Assembly (NCBI GenBank): GCA_000934665.2
Contig: JYFJ02000949.1
Span: 62,001 to 99,053, forward strand
Length of the DNA: 37,053 bases
Reading direction: 5' to 3'
Source of the DNA: Catajapyx aquilonaris
Lineage: Eukaryota
A program made the translations under genes and the position numbers. Positions 22,534 to 35,534 of this stretch are shown in pieces. Every line of letters begins with the position of its first letter. Position 1 is the first letter of the stretch. Below the pieces are notes generated by a model. That model was not told where the DNA came from and did no database searches. It worked only from the letters and a program-made list of their open reading frames with translations.

Positions 22534-24164
22534 AGGGCGTCTTCATCACCCAGCAGGAGAGGATGCCGCATTGTTGTGATGCTGGATTAGTGCTCTTGGA
22601 TTGTTGATGAAAAAAAGGTGGTTTTGTTGGTGGGGGGCAGCAGGCAGCAGCTATAAGGACAGGCGATCCAAGGAGAAGAGGGCTTTGGGATGACGCCTTA
22701 TTTGGTGCGGCCTTGCAAGGTGAGCCCCAGGGTTAGTCGACAATGCTCGACAACAATTGACAATGTTGCCATTTCTGGCATATTTCGGCGTCCAAATAGT
22801 GGCAGAGTTGTCGTGCTATCCGGTTCCCAAATGTCCTCCTGAGCGGCCAGCCCTTTTGCTTCTGTAATAAACAGGCCGGAACCGCCACTTGCATTCAGAG
22901 ATATGCGACGCCTCTCCTGTGATATGCAGGCTTGATTTTGTGAAGGGTCAAGCACGGCATGAACGCGGTAGTCTTGTTATTTAGCCTACATTATAAGGAA
23001 GGACACTTGATGCTGACAGGTGCGTTGGTGGTGCAAGTGAAAGTTTACATACTGGCAGGTGCAGACATTTTTGGGACACTGCGTCTCGATGTACAGAGTG
23101 GTTTCATAATGTGACACGTACTTTGCATCAACAAAATATGGCAACCTTTCCTGATGTCTACTAATAATTGATCGCCTCTTTTGTATAGTACAGTCATAGT
23201 CATTTTTAAATCGGGATTGCATTATTTTTTTGTCAGTCGATTGTGGCATAACTGGAGAAAGTGGATGGTCAGGTTTTTTTTCCCCCTGCTTAACTAACTA
23301 CGCCGGTTAGATAACCGGGCGAGATTGATGATAAAACTGTACCAGAAATTTATTCCTTCAAAATCCCTTCAGGCACTGAAAGTCTGTGTAATCCAGAGTA
23401 ACAAGCGATCTAGCGTGTGTGTTACATCGGAATTGGAAATAACAAGAATGTGAAAGTCATCGCTTTGCTGTTTTCTATTATATGTGTGGGAAGTTGTGTT
23501 ATAGTCTCTGCGGTGCATTTTGCAGGCTATCCCGCCCACATGTTTTAAGCCTGGTGTGTATAAAGGGGGTACTCGCCCACTGGGTATGAGATGTATGCAG
23601 AGATATGCGGGTTTGCTGGATTTATTTCCAATCATTGGTGCCCTCTCCTTCATCTCCTTCTCCTTCTTCTTCTTATTCCTTTAAACGTATGTCCGACCTT
23701 GCATCCGCCCATCATTCCTTTGCCCCTTCTTCATGGCTCGTAATCCATTCGAGACAGTTTTTATGTAGTAATAACAAGGCTGTTGGGACCCATCCTCCAA
23801 CAAGCTCGTTTGGTCCGTTTTTGGGCAGCATCGCCGACAAACCCGCATAATTTTGGCCAATTTTGGGTTGAAAACAAACCGCCAAAGTCCGCAAGCACAA
23901 GATGGAGATATGTGATGCATGATTTATACAACAAGTTTCAAGTAGCCTTGATTGCCAATAGGTTGTTTGGGCAAACAATCAGTGATATATTCACCCACAC
24001 TGCGTAATAATAATGACCTTTAGGACTGCGACGTGAAGGTAAAATCAACAATAAAATTAGATTTACATACCGTAATTTTAATGTAAGTACGGTACTTGTT
24101 AGTATAATACTGTCTTGTCTGATTAGTCATATGGGGCTTATTCTAACGAGAGGGTGGTTCGGCC

Positions 24165-24628
24165 TGTGAAGACCTTACTTGAAGGTCTTACTGTGAGAAC
24201 CTTTGACCTTATTGTGAGGAAACTTCTTGTGAAGACCTTACTGCGAGGAACTTACTTGTGAATATCTTACTGTGAGGACCTTACTGCGAGGAAATTTTTT
24301 GAAGACCTTACTGTGAGGACCTTATTGTGAGGAAACTTCTTGTGAAGACCTTACTGCGAGGAACTTACTTGTGAATATCTTACTGTGAGGACCTTACTGC
24401 GAGGAAATTTCTTGAAGACCTTACTGTGAGGACCTTATTGTGAGGAAACTACTTGCGAAGACCTTACTGCGAGGAACTTACTTGTGAATATCTTACTGTG
24501 AGGACCTTACACTGCGAGGAAATTTCTTTTAAATCCCTTACTGTGAGGACCTTATTGTGAGGAAACTTCTTGTGAAGACCTTACTGCGAGGAACTTACTT
24601 GTGAATATCTTACTGTGAAGATCTTACT
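24165..24628. repeat. 14-bp minisatellite (GTGAGGACCTTACT-like) organised as a ~113-bp higher-order repeat
   Basis: Variant unit GACCTTATTGTGAGGAAAC recurs at 24205, 24318, 24431 and 24548 (periods 113, 113, 117). Confidence 0.92.
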
Positions 24629-27600
24629 ACTGTATGATGAGGGCATGTATGCAAACACCTAGTTTTTAAAGTGCTTTGAGAGGACATACCCTATAAGAAA
24701 TATTGCGAGGAGCTGTGGGAACATATTCCGCAATGGCTGCGACTTGTTTATTACTACATCCTTGAGGACCTGACGCTGTATAAGTACACCCGCATTATTT
24801 CGAATAGAGACTTCACTTCCTACCCTTCCAGCAGACAACAACTGATCAAAAAATGTAAACAAAAGGCGATGTCCGTGTGGGCAGCAGTCGGGTTTTTGTC
24901 TGACGTGGTTCAAACAACTACGTCATTGGAGGACCAGGTCCGACTAACTCGAGACAAGGACCACTTTTAGGAGGTGGAAACGGCAGAAAACGAAGTGCCA
25001 AACGGCCCGGCCCATACATGGAAGTGCTGGAGCAAATAATGGATGGATAAAGTTTTCACTTTCAATGCTGCTTGCAGCAAGCATGGGGATGATTTCCGAC
25101 AGGTTAGACACGCACGATTACTCAAACACGAACAGATCTTATGCAAAACTACAGGGTGATTCTTCAATATTTTTTTTTTCTAAAGCTAAGAAGCAGCCTG
25201 CTGAGCTCGTGTTTATTACTATGACCTAGTGGCGGTAGTCGGAAGAGAGAAAAAGTACCGAAAATACCATTCCGCAGGGGTTCTCTGCCGGAACGAATAA
25301 GGAAGATGCAAAGAACGGGGAAGGAGTTTTTTCTCTCTCTTTTTAATAAAGTTATGACGATTTAAAAAAAAGTGTCTCGGGATGTTTGTCGGGCACGCAA
25401 GGAAACACTGCGCGACCTTTTTTTGTGAGTCAAGCCTCACCCTTTCTTGTATTGCAATTTTTGTTGGATTTTTTTTTCTTCTTGAAGGGTGAGTGTCCTC
25501 AAGGGCATGAATTTGGGTTGCATCATGCAAGGATGAAAAGTGACCCAAGCGCAAAATTTTGAATACTGAAAATTTAAATATTTAAATCAGAAATCGCCTT
25601 GTGACTTTGCCCTTTAAAATTTGGACACAACGGTTTTTAAAGTCTGCAAATAAGTTGGCAACAGGTGTGATGAGAACCGGTATTACCACTGCCGTACCTC
25701 AATGTAAACACTCACTCAGGCATGTAATGAGCCTTCAAAGTGATCCGGTCATACTTGCTTCAATAGCGTCTCGAACAAAACCGGGCACCAACTGGACACA
25801 TTCCGGAAGTTGTCCGGACCGTTCCAGTTCGTGCCTTTTTATCGCCACCTTTTCTTTTTTAAAAAAAGAACCAATTGTCGTGTGCACACACCGCATTTGA
25901 CCCCGAAATAAGACCTTTTGGCAAGGTTTGTGTTTGCACAAGAGAAAGGCGCACTTTGCTCGAGGGAGTGGTCCCAACCTTCCGGCATGTATAAAAAGTT
26001 AAGGTGGTCGAATTATAAAGCGAAAGGTACAGTTTAAGTCGAAACGCATTATTTCGATGTATTAACAAGCCAACTTTTTTTTAAGTATAATTGTCTCGTT
26101 ACACACTGTCAATTTGTCGCAATGTGTTGTGTGGTTGCAATTGGCCTGGATTTTCACTCCGCGGTTGTGGAATAATACGATGGAAAGTGATGCTTGAAAA
26201 AAATTGTCGATCGACTATTGGATATATGTCATTTTGTACTATTGGTTGAATATCTAGGTTTCAATCAAATTTCCGCCTCTGAATTCCTGGAATTTCCCTG
26301 GACTTCTCTGGATTCTTCCCGCTCTAATTTTTCTGCTGGATTACCCGGCTTCTGTTGACGTGTGCATGCAACTTCTGTTGTGTCATTTACCTGCAATTTT
26401 TACTGAGCATTAATTGCAAATATTTTCTGGAAAATCGGCGGGATTCCAATGGCAGAAAAAAAATCATTTCATACCTCATGATGACTCCTGCCGTAACATT
26501 TTGCACTCTTCTTTATTACCTATTCGTGTTGTGCACTTCTCTAAATTCTTTCAGACGTCCTTGGATTTCTCTGGAGCAGAAATTCCATCAGTAATTGACC
26601 CGAATTTCTTTAATTCTCTGCATGTAACTACCTCTTCCAATTATAGCTCGAATTCTCCAGTTGACTCGAGCATATATGGACCACCATGTACAGGAATTCT
26701 TCTCTCACGTCAGTAAATTCCTCCTGGGGTATTATCGGCCGACAAAGAGTGCATTAGCGTGTCTTTTTTCCCTCCTAGCAAATATTGCGTTTTCTTTACA
26801 TTTTACTGTAAGAAATCCAGACTTTAAAAAAACCGCCCAATATTTGCAGATCATTATCAGGTAATATTCTCCCGTCCAGACATTTAGAGCTCCACGAATC
26901 CAAGGACGACTTCACCTTTTTTTTTGTGTGTGCGTGTTAGTACCGGCAGCATATATGCAGGTGGAAAACTGGAACTACTTTTTTTTATACATAATTATCT
27001 TTCTCTCAAAGGAGTCCTGCTCTCTGGAATGTTTCTCCAAACGACCTTTGGTGATTGAAAGGAGATTTTTTGATGCACACACGTGCATGGACACTAGAAG
27101 AAGAAGAAGAAAAAAAAAACTGGCCAGCCAGCTGAGCACGGAACTGAGAAGGCCGAGAAGTGATTGCTGCCTTCTGGCAATATTTTATCAGCTCGAAACA
27201 GGATCAGAGCCAGGATCCATATTGACAAGCCGCATTTTAAAAAAGAAGGGAAAAAAATAAAACCTGTTCTTGGCTCAACTTTCACGTTTCACTGTGGTAA
27301 TATTTCAGTAGTATTTTTGTCCATATTGGGGACAGCTTCATTATTATTTATTACAAGTTTGTTTACTGCTATACAGGCCGATCCCATAATCCTGAAGAGG
27401 ATGCTTGGCAAAGTGTGGAGCTGCAATTAAGACAGCTAACGTACCTTGAATATTTTCTCCTTAGATCTTGGCTGCTTTAAAAAAAAATAGAAGCAACCAT
27501 GACCTTACATGTCCAATTCAGAACCCACAAGACACACACTGTGCACACTATACGCAAGGTCACGCGTGTCCTCGAGCAAAAGTTGCAACCGGGTGACCAT

Positions 27601-28964
27601 TTTTGTTGACCCCAACTTGTGTCCTCGTGCTCGAAAATGCATGGAAATCAGAGCCCAGAATCTGAAAGTGGCTACCTTCTGGGTTTATTTTAAATTAAAC
27701 ATTTTTTTCCATCACTCTCCATGGTATGAAGGAATCCTTGGAAAAGTGTCATCTTATTGCTACCGTTATGTTCCTTTGTCAGATTTTTTTTTTTGTGGAG
27801 AAGTTAACATGTTCCAAAGACCAGTTTTCGTCCTTGAATAAGAAGGCAACGGTGGAGATTAATCGGGTGTCATAAACCGGAAGCTGTGGGCGAGAATCTG
27901 AAATATTTCAGAGGTACTCTCGTGCTCAAAAGGGTTAGCCTATAATATGGCAACAGAAAATTCCGAATTTTTGTTAGTCCAACCCCATACCTTGCAATTA
28001 CCTGTGTAATTTAACTGCGTGTCGTACGTGGCCACGATCTGTGCGGGCTCTAAAATTGGGCAGAATCGTGGTCGCAATTCAATCACGAACCAATCAAAAA
28101 CCACCGGATGGAGGTTTTTTGATCTACGCCAGGAACGTGTGACCTGCCAGCGTTCAAGTCTCCTTAACATTTGCCTTTTTTTTCGTGGACTCCAGACCCA
28201 ATTTTTTTGGGGGGGGAGGCGGACCGGGAGCCGGTGTACCAGCCACCGGTACCCCATCACGAAACAGTCGACACGAAAATGCTTTTTCCACATTTTCATT
28301 TTCTCTAACGGCTTCATATGTCGCCGGCGTCTTCACGCATGAATACCGCAGGGTGGCCCACTGCCCAAGTCCCACACTTCAACTACTTTAGAAGCGACCA
28401 CTGTTGCTTCTGTACCACGCAAATTGGCAACACTGCCCAGCCCGTTTTCTCCTCAAATGTGTCACAAACAGGTGGCGCAACTGCCTGAAAATACATGCAC
28501 GTTGGTGATGAGTCAACACGTGTATGGACAAATTCATGATACTTGAGCAGTGTACCACCCTGTGCAAAGGTCGTCGCTCCAGGACACCAGCTTAATTATA
28601 CTCAATATTAGCATTACAAAAGTACTAGTTTTTGTTGGCCGGTCCGTTAGATTTTTCACATGAAAAGGCAATAAGTAAAGAACAGGGTGATGGAAGGTCC
28701 ACTAAGAGGTGACCTTAGAACAGGTGCGCCTATAGAGAAGGAAAAGAAGATGTAAAAAAAAAAAAAAGAGTGTAAAGTGAAGACCTTGGGCTGGGTTGGG
28801 CTGGGTCGCGCCTGGCAAAAGGTGTATCTCTCAAAAGAGGAGTGTGGGGGAACATGTATGTTAAAAGATATACACTATACATATAGAGAAGGTGGTGGTT
28901 GGTGGTTGGTGGGGGCCAGAAGGGGGCTTCTGGGAGTCTGTGAAGGCCACATCCCCTCCTCCAT

Positions 28965-28989
28965 TCTCTCTCTCTCTCTCTCTCTCTCT
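28965..28989. repeat. (CT)n microsatellite / GAGA-type tract
   Basis: Perfect TC dinucleotide run. Confidence 0.85.
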
Positions 28990-30718
28990 GCATATGCACT
29001 GCCGGCCTTGAGATAAAGAGACTTGAAACGTCACCCGTGTTGCCACGGTGATTTAGCGACATTAATCTGTCGTTTGCCAACAGAGCGGAAAATAAGGCCT
29101 CAGGTGACGTCAAGGCTCCACGCATCAGGTGACAAAATGTACACTGTGAAAATATTAAGCAAAATATATTACGACATGCAATATCAACAAAAATGTGCCT
29201 ATAAAATGCAATCATGATTATCTGTACATGCATGTATAAAAGGCAAAGTTGGTTTGTCCATATTTGAGTATATGAAATGAGTATAAAATTGATGTGAATG
29301 GGTATGAAATGGGTATAAGCAATGTTTGTCCAGATTTGGTAACCCTGGCATGTGGGTATAAAATGAATTTCTGTTTGTTTGTTTGTCCAGGTTCGGTTTC
29401 CATGCTCCCAATGGGTTAACCTGGCAAGTGGTTATGGCTGCAGTTGGTAATAGATTAATCGAGATTAGGGCTGTGATTCTTAATAGATAACAATTAATAT
29501 TAGCCTGAATTTAAAAATGCTGCCTTTATAATGCCAAAATGTCAGCAACTTCTTTCTGGAATTTCGAATGAGTTGGCATTATCATGAAGGAGCGTGCATG
29601 GTCTTTTAAAAAAATTGCTTTAAAAAGTTTGAGCCTTTGTTCTCAAGTCAAGTCTTGAAGTTGGAGATTTTTTTTTTGCAGACTATACGACGTTAGACTG
29701 TGCTAATCGGGTGACTTCAGGTGTGTTAACCCACCTTCGAAAATAAGAGAGGCAAAAACCCACACAAAATTGTTTGGGCATGGTCATTGCATAGGCGTCT
29801 TTTTGGGTGGCCGCCACTTTGAATCAGTCACGCTCGATATTCGCTCTTCTTTTTTTTGCGATTTTTTTTTATTCAAGTACATTTTAAGTGGGTTTGGCGT
29901 GTCTGGAGGGTATACCCCCAAAATGGGGCTAAATTTTGCGTTGTCATGTTGTTAATTTGCTCTCCCCCACACGTGATGATGGTTTTTTTTTTTCTGTCTG
30001 TGGTTTTCTTGACTCGGAGCCTCTGGCATTCTTTACATGTAAAGCGGCGTCTTCTCACCACCTACTCGTTGATGATGGTCAAACCTGTTCTGTTGTCTTT
30101 TGCCTTTTTCCTACACTTTTAATATACACTCCTTGTCTTCAGGATGGGGAGAAAAAAAATAGTAATGTATGGCTGTTGGAAAGGTACAGGGTGTGGCATG
30201 AACACCAGTTTTGAAACTGATGTGGCGAATCACCTTGTGGTTACTGATTTCAAAAGCCTGAAGATGAATAGATAAATGCAACTCTAAATCATATGCTAAT
30301 CATTTCATGGCGATTTCAAGGGCACTTTGAAGGGAAGGTTTTTTGCAAATAGAGTGTGACATCGTTTGCCCTTGTGGTCTTAGCGTGTTACGCAACATAT
30401 GTGCGTTGCAGGCCATGAAAAAAGGTGCACAACACATGTGCATGTCGCAACACCACACTTTTTTTTGTGCACAGAGATGACATATTGAAAGTCACGTAAT
30501 GGTCGAAACACTTGGTGAACATATGACAGTGAACTTGACACACTGACGCGGATCAGGAAGAAAGTGAGGTAAATCTCCGGAACCATAATAAGCGTCGCAT
30601 GCACCAGTGACATTTAGAGTGACACTATTTAGATGGTATGTCACTCATAGGCTTGTACAGGAAATGACGGATGGAGATTAATTTTTTTTAAACAATTTCG
30701 TTGCAGAGATGAGACGGA

Positions 30719-33700
30719 ATGCCGGTGAGGATTCGCACAAGTGACACCCTGGGACCGACGCCCGCGACGTCGGTCAGGCGATCCGACTCTTTGCACTCTG
30801 AGACGTCGGAGGCGTCTAACAAGCGAGTGTCTTTCCTTCGAGACGTGAGAGTCAAACGGATTCCTCCGAAGCAGCGAGCACCGCCGAACCTTTTGGCGGT
30901 CGTGGACGACGATCGCGTCGGTAGCATGGGGACGCTCAACGTCAGCGACACCGACTGGAGCAGAGACATCGACGCCATCGAGGCACGTCGAGAAGCCCAG
31001 CGGATATTGGATCAGGTGGACCGAATCACATGTCTGGCGTCGCCGTCGCCTCCGCCGCCAATGACGGACACCAGGTCGCTGGAGAGAGGACGCCACTCGC
31101 GACGTCGAACAGCCACGACGTCCCCGACGTCTCCGATGGAGTCGCTGACCACCACAACCAAGAAGCAGCATCTTCAAAGGCGAAGCGGTTCAGAAGGAAT
31201 CCGGTTGTCCAACGGCGCCCACGACGACTTCTTCGACTCTGAGTCATCCGAAGAGAGGCTGCGACGACGCTCCGGGTTGTCACCGACGCTCCTTCTACCG
31301 TCATCATCGTCGTCGCCCCACAGCCCGACGCCCTCTCCTCACTGGGGCGACATCCCCGTCGCACATGCAGGGGACCTTCCCTTGCATCCCAGCCAGCGTC
31401 CTCACGAACCGCCGTCGATGGCGCCCGGAACTGTGCCAAGACTCGCTCGACGACTTGACGCACTGGTCAGTTGACTCATTATCTAGCTTATTATCGTCGT
31501 GAAAACTGGCAACGTTGTGTGCATGCTCGTGTGGAGGACAATAAATCTGCTTATCAGATGACGACAGTTATGATTTCTTATGTAGATATTTCCGGATTCA
31601 TGTCATGTCCAGGAATCGGCGAGAACAGGAAGAGATCCATCACTTTTTTATGCTTTAATATTTCGGACGTTTTGCCAACTTTTTAATCTAGACATGATAA
31701 TCGGCTAAAATTTATTCAGCACGTTTCAAGAAAAAAGGGGCAGTGAGTTGTGCCTATCTCAACCGTGGAAACATTGCGGACGACAAGCCCCATTGTGTAC
31801 CAAAATAATTACTTCATGTTGCATGTTGTCTTCCATAAATATTATTAAACTGAAATATTGTTGTCTTCAGAGCAGCGAGGTTCGTGCCCCGACAACAATG
31901 GCTCCACCTCCTCTGGTTGAACCGACGAACGACCGAGCCCACAATGGAAACCGTCCGTTTTCCTATCTGGCGTCGACGTCGACCGACGCTGACGTCAAGG
32001 ACACCCTGAAGGCGCCGACGGAGGTGCTGTACGCCCAGGTGGTGCTGGGCGACGCTGGGGGACCCAAGAGGACAGTGCACACCCCGGTCAGGAGGTCACC
32101 TCCCAGTGCTGGAGGTCACGTCACAAGGGTCGCCATCAATGGAAATACCGTCGCAGGAACGGCTCCCAAAGAGGCAAAGTCGCCGACGTCCAGGGTGTCA
32201 CCGACGTCTAGGGTGTCGCCGACAACTACGACGCAAAAGTATTACTTCGGCGCCCAGCTGTCGTCGACCAGATTGGTGCGAGATGCAGACAGACGTCGAG
32301 AACCTACTGTCGGTACCGGTACTACTGTCACAGCACAACGGACACCGTCGCCGGCGAAGAAAGAGGCGTCGTCTGGAGTATCGTCAGCGCGTCTGGTCCG
32401 CGCTGTCGAAAAACGTAAGGACTCGCCGTCGAAGGACGCCGCCAGCGACAGCGACTCTCGACGTCGACGCAAGATCAAAATAACATTCCGCCCCAAAGGC
32501 GACGACAAAAAGGACACCAACAAGGACCCACTGTCGAACTACACCGAGTACCACGGTGCAAGCTACAGCAGCAAGGCGATGAGCAAGACGAAAGACAGGG
32601 CCGTCAACGGGACGCCCCCTCCAGCGCCAGTGGCGTCGAAGCCGACGCCCAGGAAGAGCGGGCTGTCGACGCTGCTTCGTCGGAGGGACAAGTCGCCAAG
32701 GACGGACGCCAGCGACGTCAGTGGAAGCGAGCGGGAAGGACGGATCAGACGTCAACGAGCCAAGTTTCTATCGGCCTTCTTGGCCGACGGTAGAAGCAAC
32801 CAGAAGGACAAATCGACGAAACAGACGGTCACTAATAAGCGGGAGGTCATCAAAGGTGTTGTGGACACGTCGTCCGGGAGTGAGGTCGGGGTCAGCAAAG
32901 TGCAAGACAGACGCAGACGAAACGGAAGCGGCGAATACAAGGTAAAGGTAAAGATCATGCTCAAAGTGTTGATAATTAATTATAGTGGTTTAATTGGTCT
33001 AATTGGAATATTTCAGGCATGGTCCGGACCAGAGGAGCCTGAACTACCGGGTGGAACAGAAACAGACACCAGTCTTCGAAAAAAGGTATTGTATATAGGA
33101 AGGGCGATCTGTATACGCGACGCATTAATATACGGGTCTCGGACATTTCGCCCCCGGACTTTTAGCCCCCGGCGTATTGGCCCCCGTGACAATTTCGCCC
33201 CCGCCATTGCCAGGCTACGCACAAGACCAGCAGGTCACTTCTCTATATAGAAATGCCCAGCTGAATGCTTCGAAGTGGAATATGTCACGGGGGCGAATGC
33301 GCCGAGGGCGAAATTGGCTCGGGGGCGAAACATCGGGGGCGAAAAATCCGGATCCCTTAATATACTGCATTTAAAAAATAATCTAGGACCGAACTGCTAT
33401 GTGGATACGACGCTCGGTGCCTGACCTGGAGGCAGAGATGTTGGAGGAAAAGGCCAAAGCCAGCAGGGCCAAGGCGACGCTCCTGACGCCTCCGTCGCCG
33501 TCAAGGTCGCGCTCGTTGGATCGACGAGGTGACAATAACATCAAGGTGACGAACAAACCGGCCAAGTCAAGCAGATTCTTCGGCGATTCCGACGCCGAGG
33601 CAGCGTCGGTCGTGGGCGGCAGAAAGGCCAACTGGGCACGATGGAGAGGGACGCCTTTGCGACGCGCCGTGAGCGCCGCCGCGCCTCTAGACCGCGTCGC

Positions 33701-34254
33701 AGCTGGAAACAGCTCCAGCGAGGAAGGCAGTCGACGCAGCCGTCCCAGCACCGTCACCGACGCCGCGTCGCAACGGTCCGTCTTCCTTCACCAAGCTGCA
33801 GTCGCAGACATTCCTCCAAGCGCGCTCAGGCGACGCGCCAGAAGTCGCGACGAACTTGCCGCAGAAGCGCAACGGTACGACCGCGTCCAGTCGCGTCTGG
33901 CCGCCTCTAAATTGCTTTCCATTTTCCAGAGAGGGCCCGGCACAAGCTCAGCGACGCGTCCGACGCTCCCTGTCCATGATGGCCCCCTGGGCTCCACGGC
34001 CCCGACGTCAGCCCCTGGAGCTCCACTACTTTGCCCGCGGTCCGCCCCCGCCTCCTGAGGTGATCGCACCGCAACCGCACCGCAACCGCTCAGCCAGCCG
34101 CGATTCGCGTCGCTCATCCGGATCAGCGACGCCGCCCGAGCCAATCAGCGCAGAGGTCAACGGAGGAGCAGAAAACAACAAGGAAGCGCTACTGTCGCGT
34201 TGGTTTCGTCGCAAGCGAATCAGGGAAGAGAAGCAGGATCGAAAGCGACTCTAG
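30719..34254 (+). CDS. Uncharacterised ~899-aa Ser/Arg/Pro/Thr-rich, largely disordered protein, 5 coding exons
   Basis: Exons 30719-31465, 31871-32941, 33017-33085, 33387-33874, 33930-34254 join in frame via GT-AG introns (2700 nt). In-frame stop just upstream of the ATG and an acceptor at ~30706 for a 5'UTR intron. GC-rich coding composition. Confidence 0.8.
33134..33356. mobile_element. 223-bp MITE with 9-bp TSD (Mutator/MULE-like), intronic
   Basis: TIR GGGTCTCGGACATTTCGCCCCCG versus reverse complement GGGATCCGGATTTTTCGCCCCCG. Subterminal TTCGCCCCC repeats in inverted orientation. Perfect TSD TTAATATAC at 33125-33133 and 33357-33365. Confidence 0.88.
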
Positions 34255-34379
34255 TTTTAAATTACATGTCATTTATATCCCAAAAAATTGTGAGTTAACA
34301 GGGATTAATAATTCCGTTTAAAAAAATCTTCCCAAAGCAGGCAAAATGATTGGGTTGTCTCGTGGCCTCAGTTGCCTCG

Positions 34380-34492
34380 GCTTCCCTAAGGACTCCGTAA
34401 GTTTCCACAGAGGATTCCTTAGGTGTCCAGAGGATTCCATGGGTTTTCATAGGTTTCCACAGGATTCCATGGGGGGTTTTCATGGAATTCCA
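34380..34492. repeat. Degenerate ~10-bp periodic repeat (GGATTCCATG/GTTTCCACAG-like)
   Basis: AGGATTCC and GTTTCCACAG motifs repeat at ~10-30-bp spacing. Confidence 0.55.
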
Positions 34493-35333
34493 GATGAGAA
34501 TGTCCTTCTTACTTTACAGTGATTTTCTCCCTAGGGAGTAGTACTAGGAGTCATCTTTATTTCTGTTTTTAAAAAACCGAAACGTGATTTTATGTTTTTA
34601 CAGCCAGATTAACCTGCGTTAACAAACTGCCCGCAACTATATCACTGTTGTTTTTCTCACTCTACTTGAACAACTTAAAAAATGACAAAACTGTCATCCG
34701 TTCCCGAACATTCCAGCTGAGTATAATTTTAAACACCAGCCTTTAATGCAGAGTATAATTATGTCGATCATTGTTGTAACATATGTGTTTTTAAAAAGTG
34801 AGTTTTACGAGAGTTCAATAATTCTCAAGTAGCAAATTTTTTGTGTGTCGTTTGGGATTTGTAAGGAACTGGGGAAATACAATGAGGGGATTTTACTGAA
34901 ACATGTTTTTTTTTTTACTGCACCGTACCTATAGTATAATAGCTACACTACTCCCCAATTATCCGGCTGCGGATTATCCGTGAATTGACAAAAAAAAAGT
35001 TTACAAATGTTTGAATTTATGTCAATACCCATCGGAAGCAAACATTGTCTACAGAAGACAAACTAAAAATCTAAGGTAAGTTTCATTATTTTGATTGCAC
35101 TATTGAATATTTAAAAAACCCATTAATATTGTGACAGATATAACATAAAATCAATTGTTATAACAAATAAGCAAAATGAAACGAAAAACAAATTCAATAA
35201 CATAATTGGCATATTCATCAAGTTACACCGAATTAATAGTAACTTACTGTACAAGAGTCATTAGCTGATCTTGCAGTGATGGCGCCCTTTCTTTACAACA
35301 AGTACATGCTGGAGAGAGTGAGAGTATCGAAGT

Positions 35334-35405
35334 AGCGCAGTGGTCCAGTGGTTAAGACTCTTTCTTCGTAACCCGAAGGTTGAAGGATCGAATCCGGAAA
35401 GAAAG
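35334..35405 (+). pseudogene. tRNA-derived sequence (SINE head or tRNA pseudogene) 1
   Basis: A-box TGGTCCAGTGG and B-box GGATCGAATCC at tRNA-like spacing. Possible CGT anticodon loop. Acceptor and anticodon stems do not pair. Confidence 0.6.
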
Positions 35406-35534
35406 ACGTCGTTTCTTTTTATCGCTATGGACCTTCCTCTCTGCTGTGCCTTACTTCATCATTTTTTATTACTCTTTGAAGTGCATCTGGTAAGTAGGCT
35501 AGACCCTTCCAACACCCACAACTTCGTTGCAGCA

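Noticed and set aside
24165..24628. CRISPR-like appearance of the repeat array
   Set aside because: No unique spacers, no cas genes, eukaryotic context; it is a minisatellite.
13300..30700. Numerous 60-170-aa ORFs in the middle interval
   Set aside because: No recognisable domains, coding-like composition or consistent splice chains; many arise from homopolymers or low complexity.
34944..34980. pogo/Tigger-like terminal motif (TACACTACTCCCCAATTATCCG...ATTATCCG)
   Set aside because: No matching opposite TIR found in the window; at most a solo relic.
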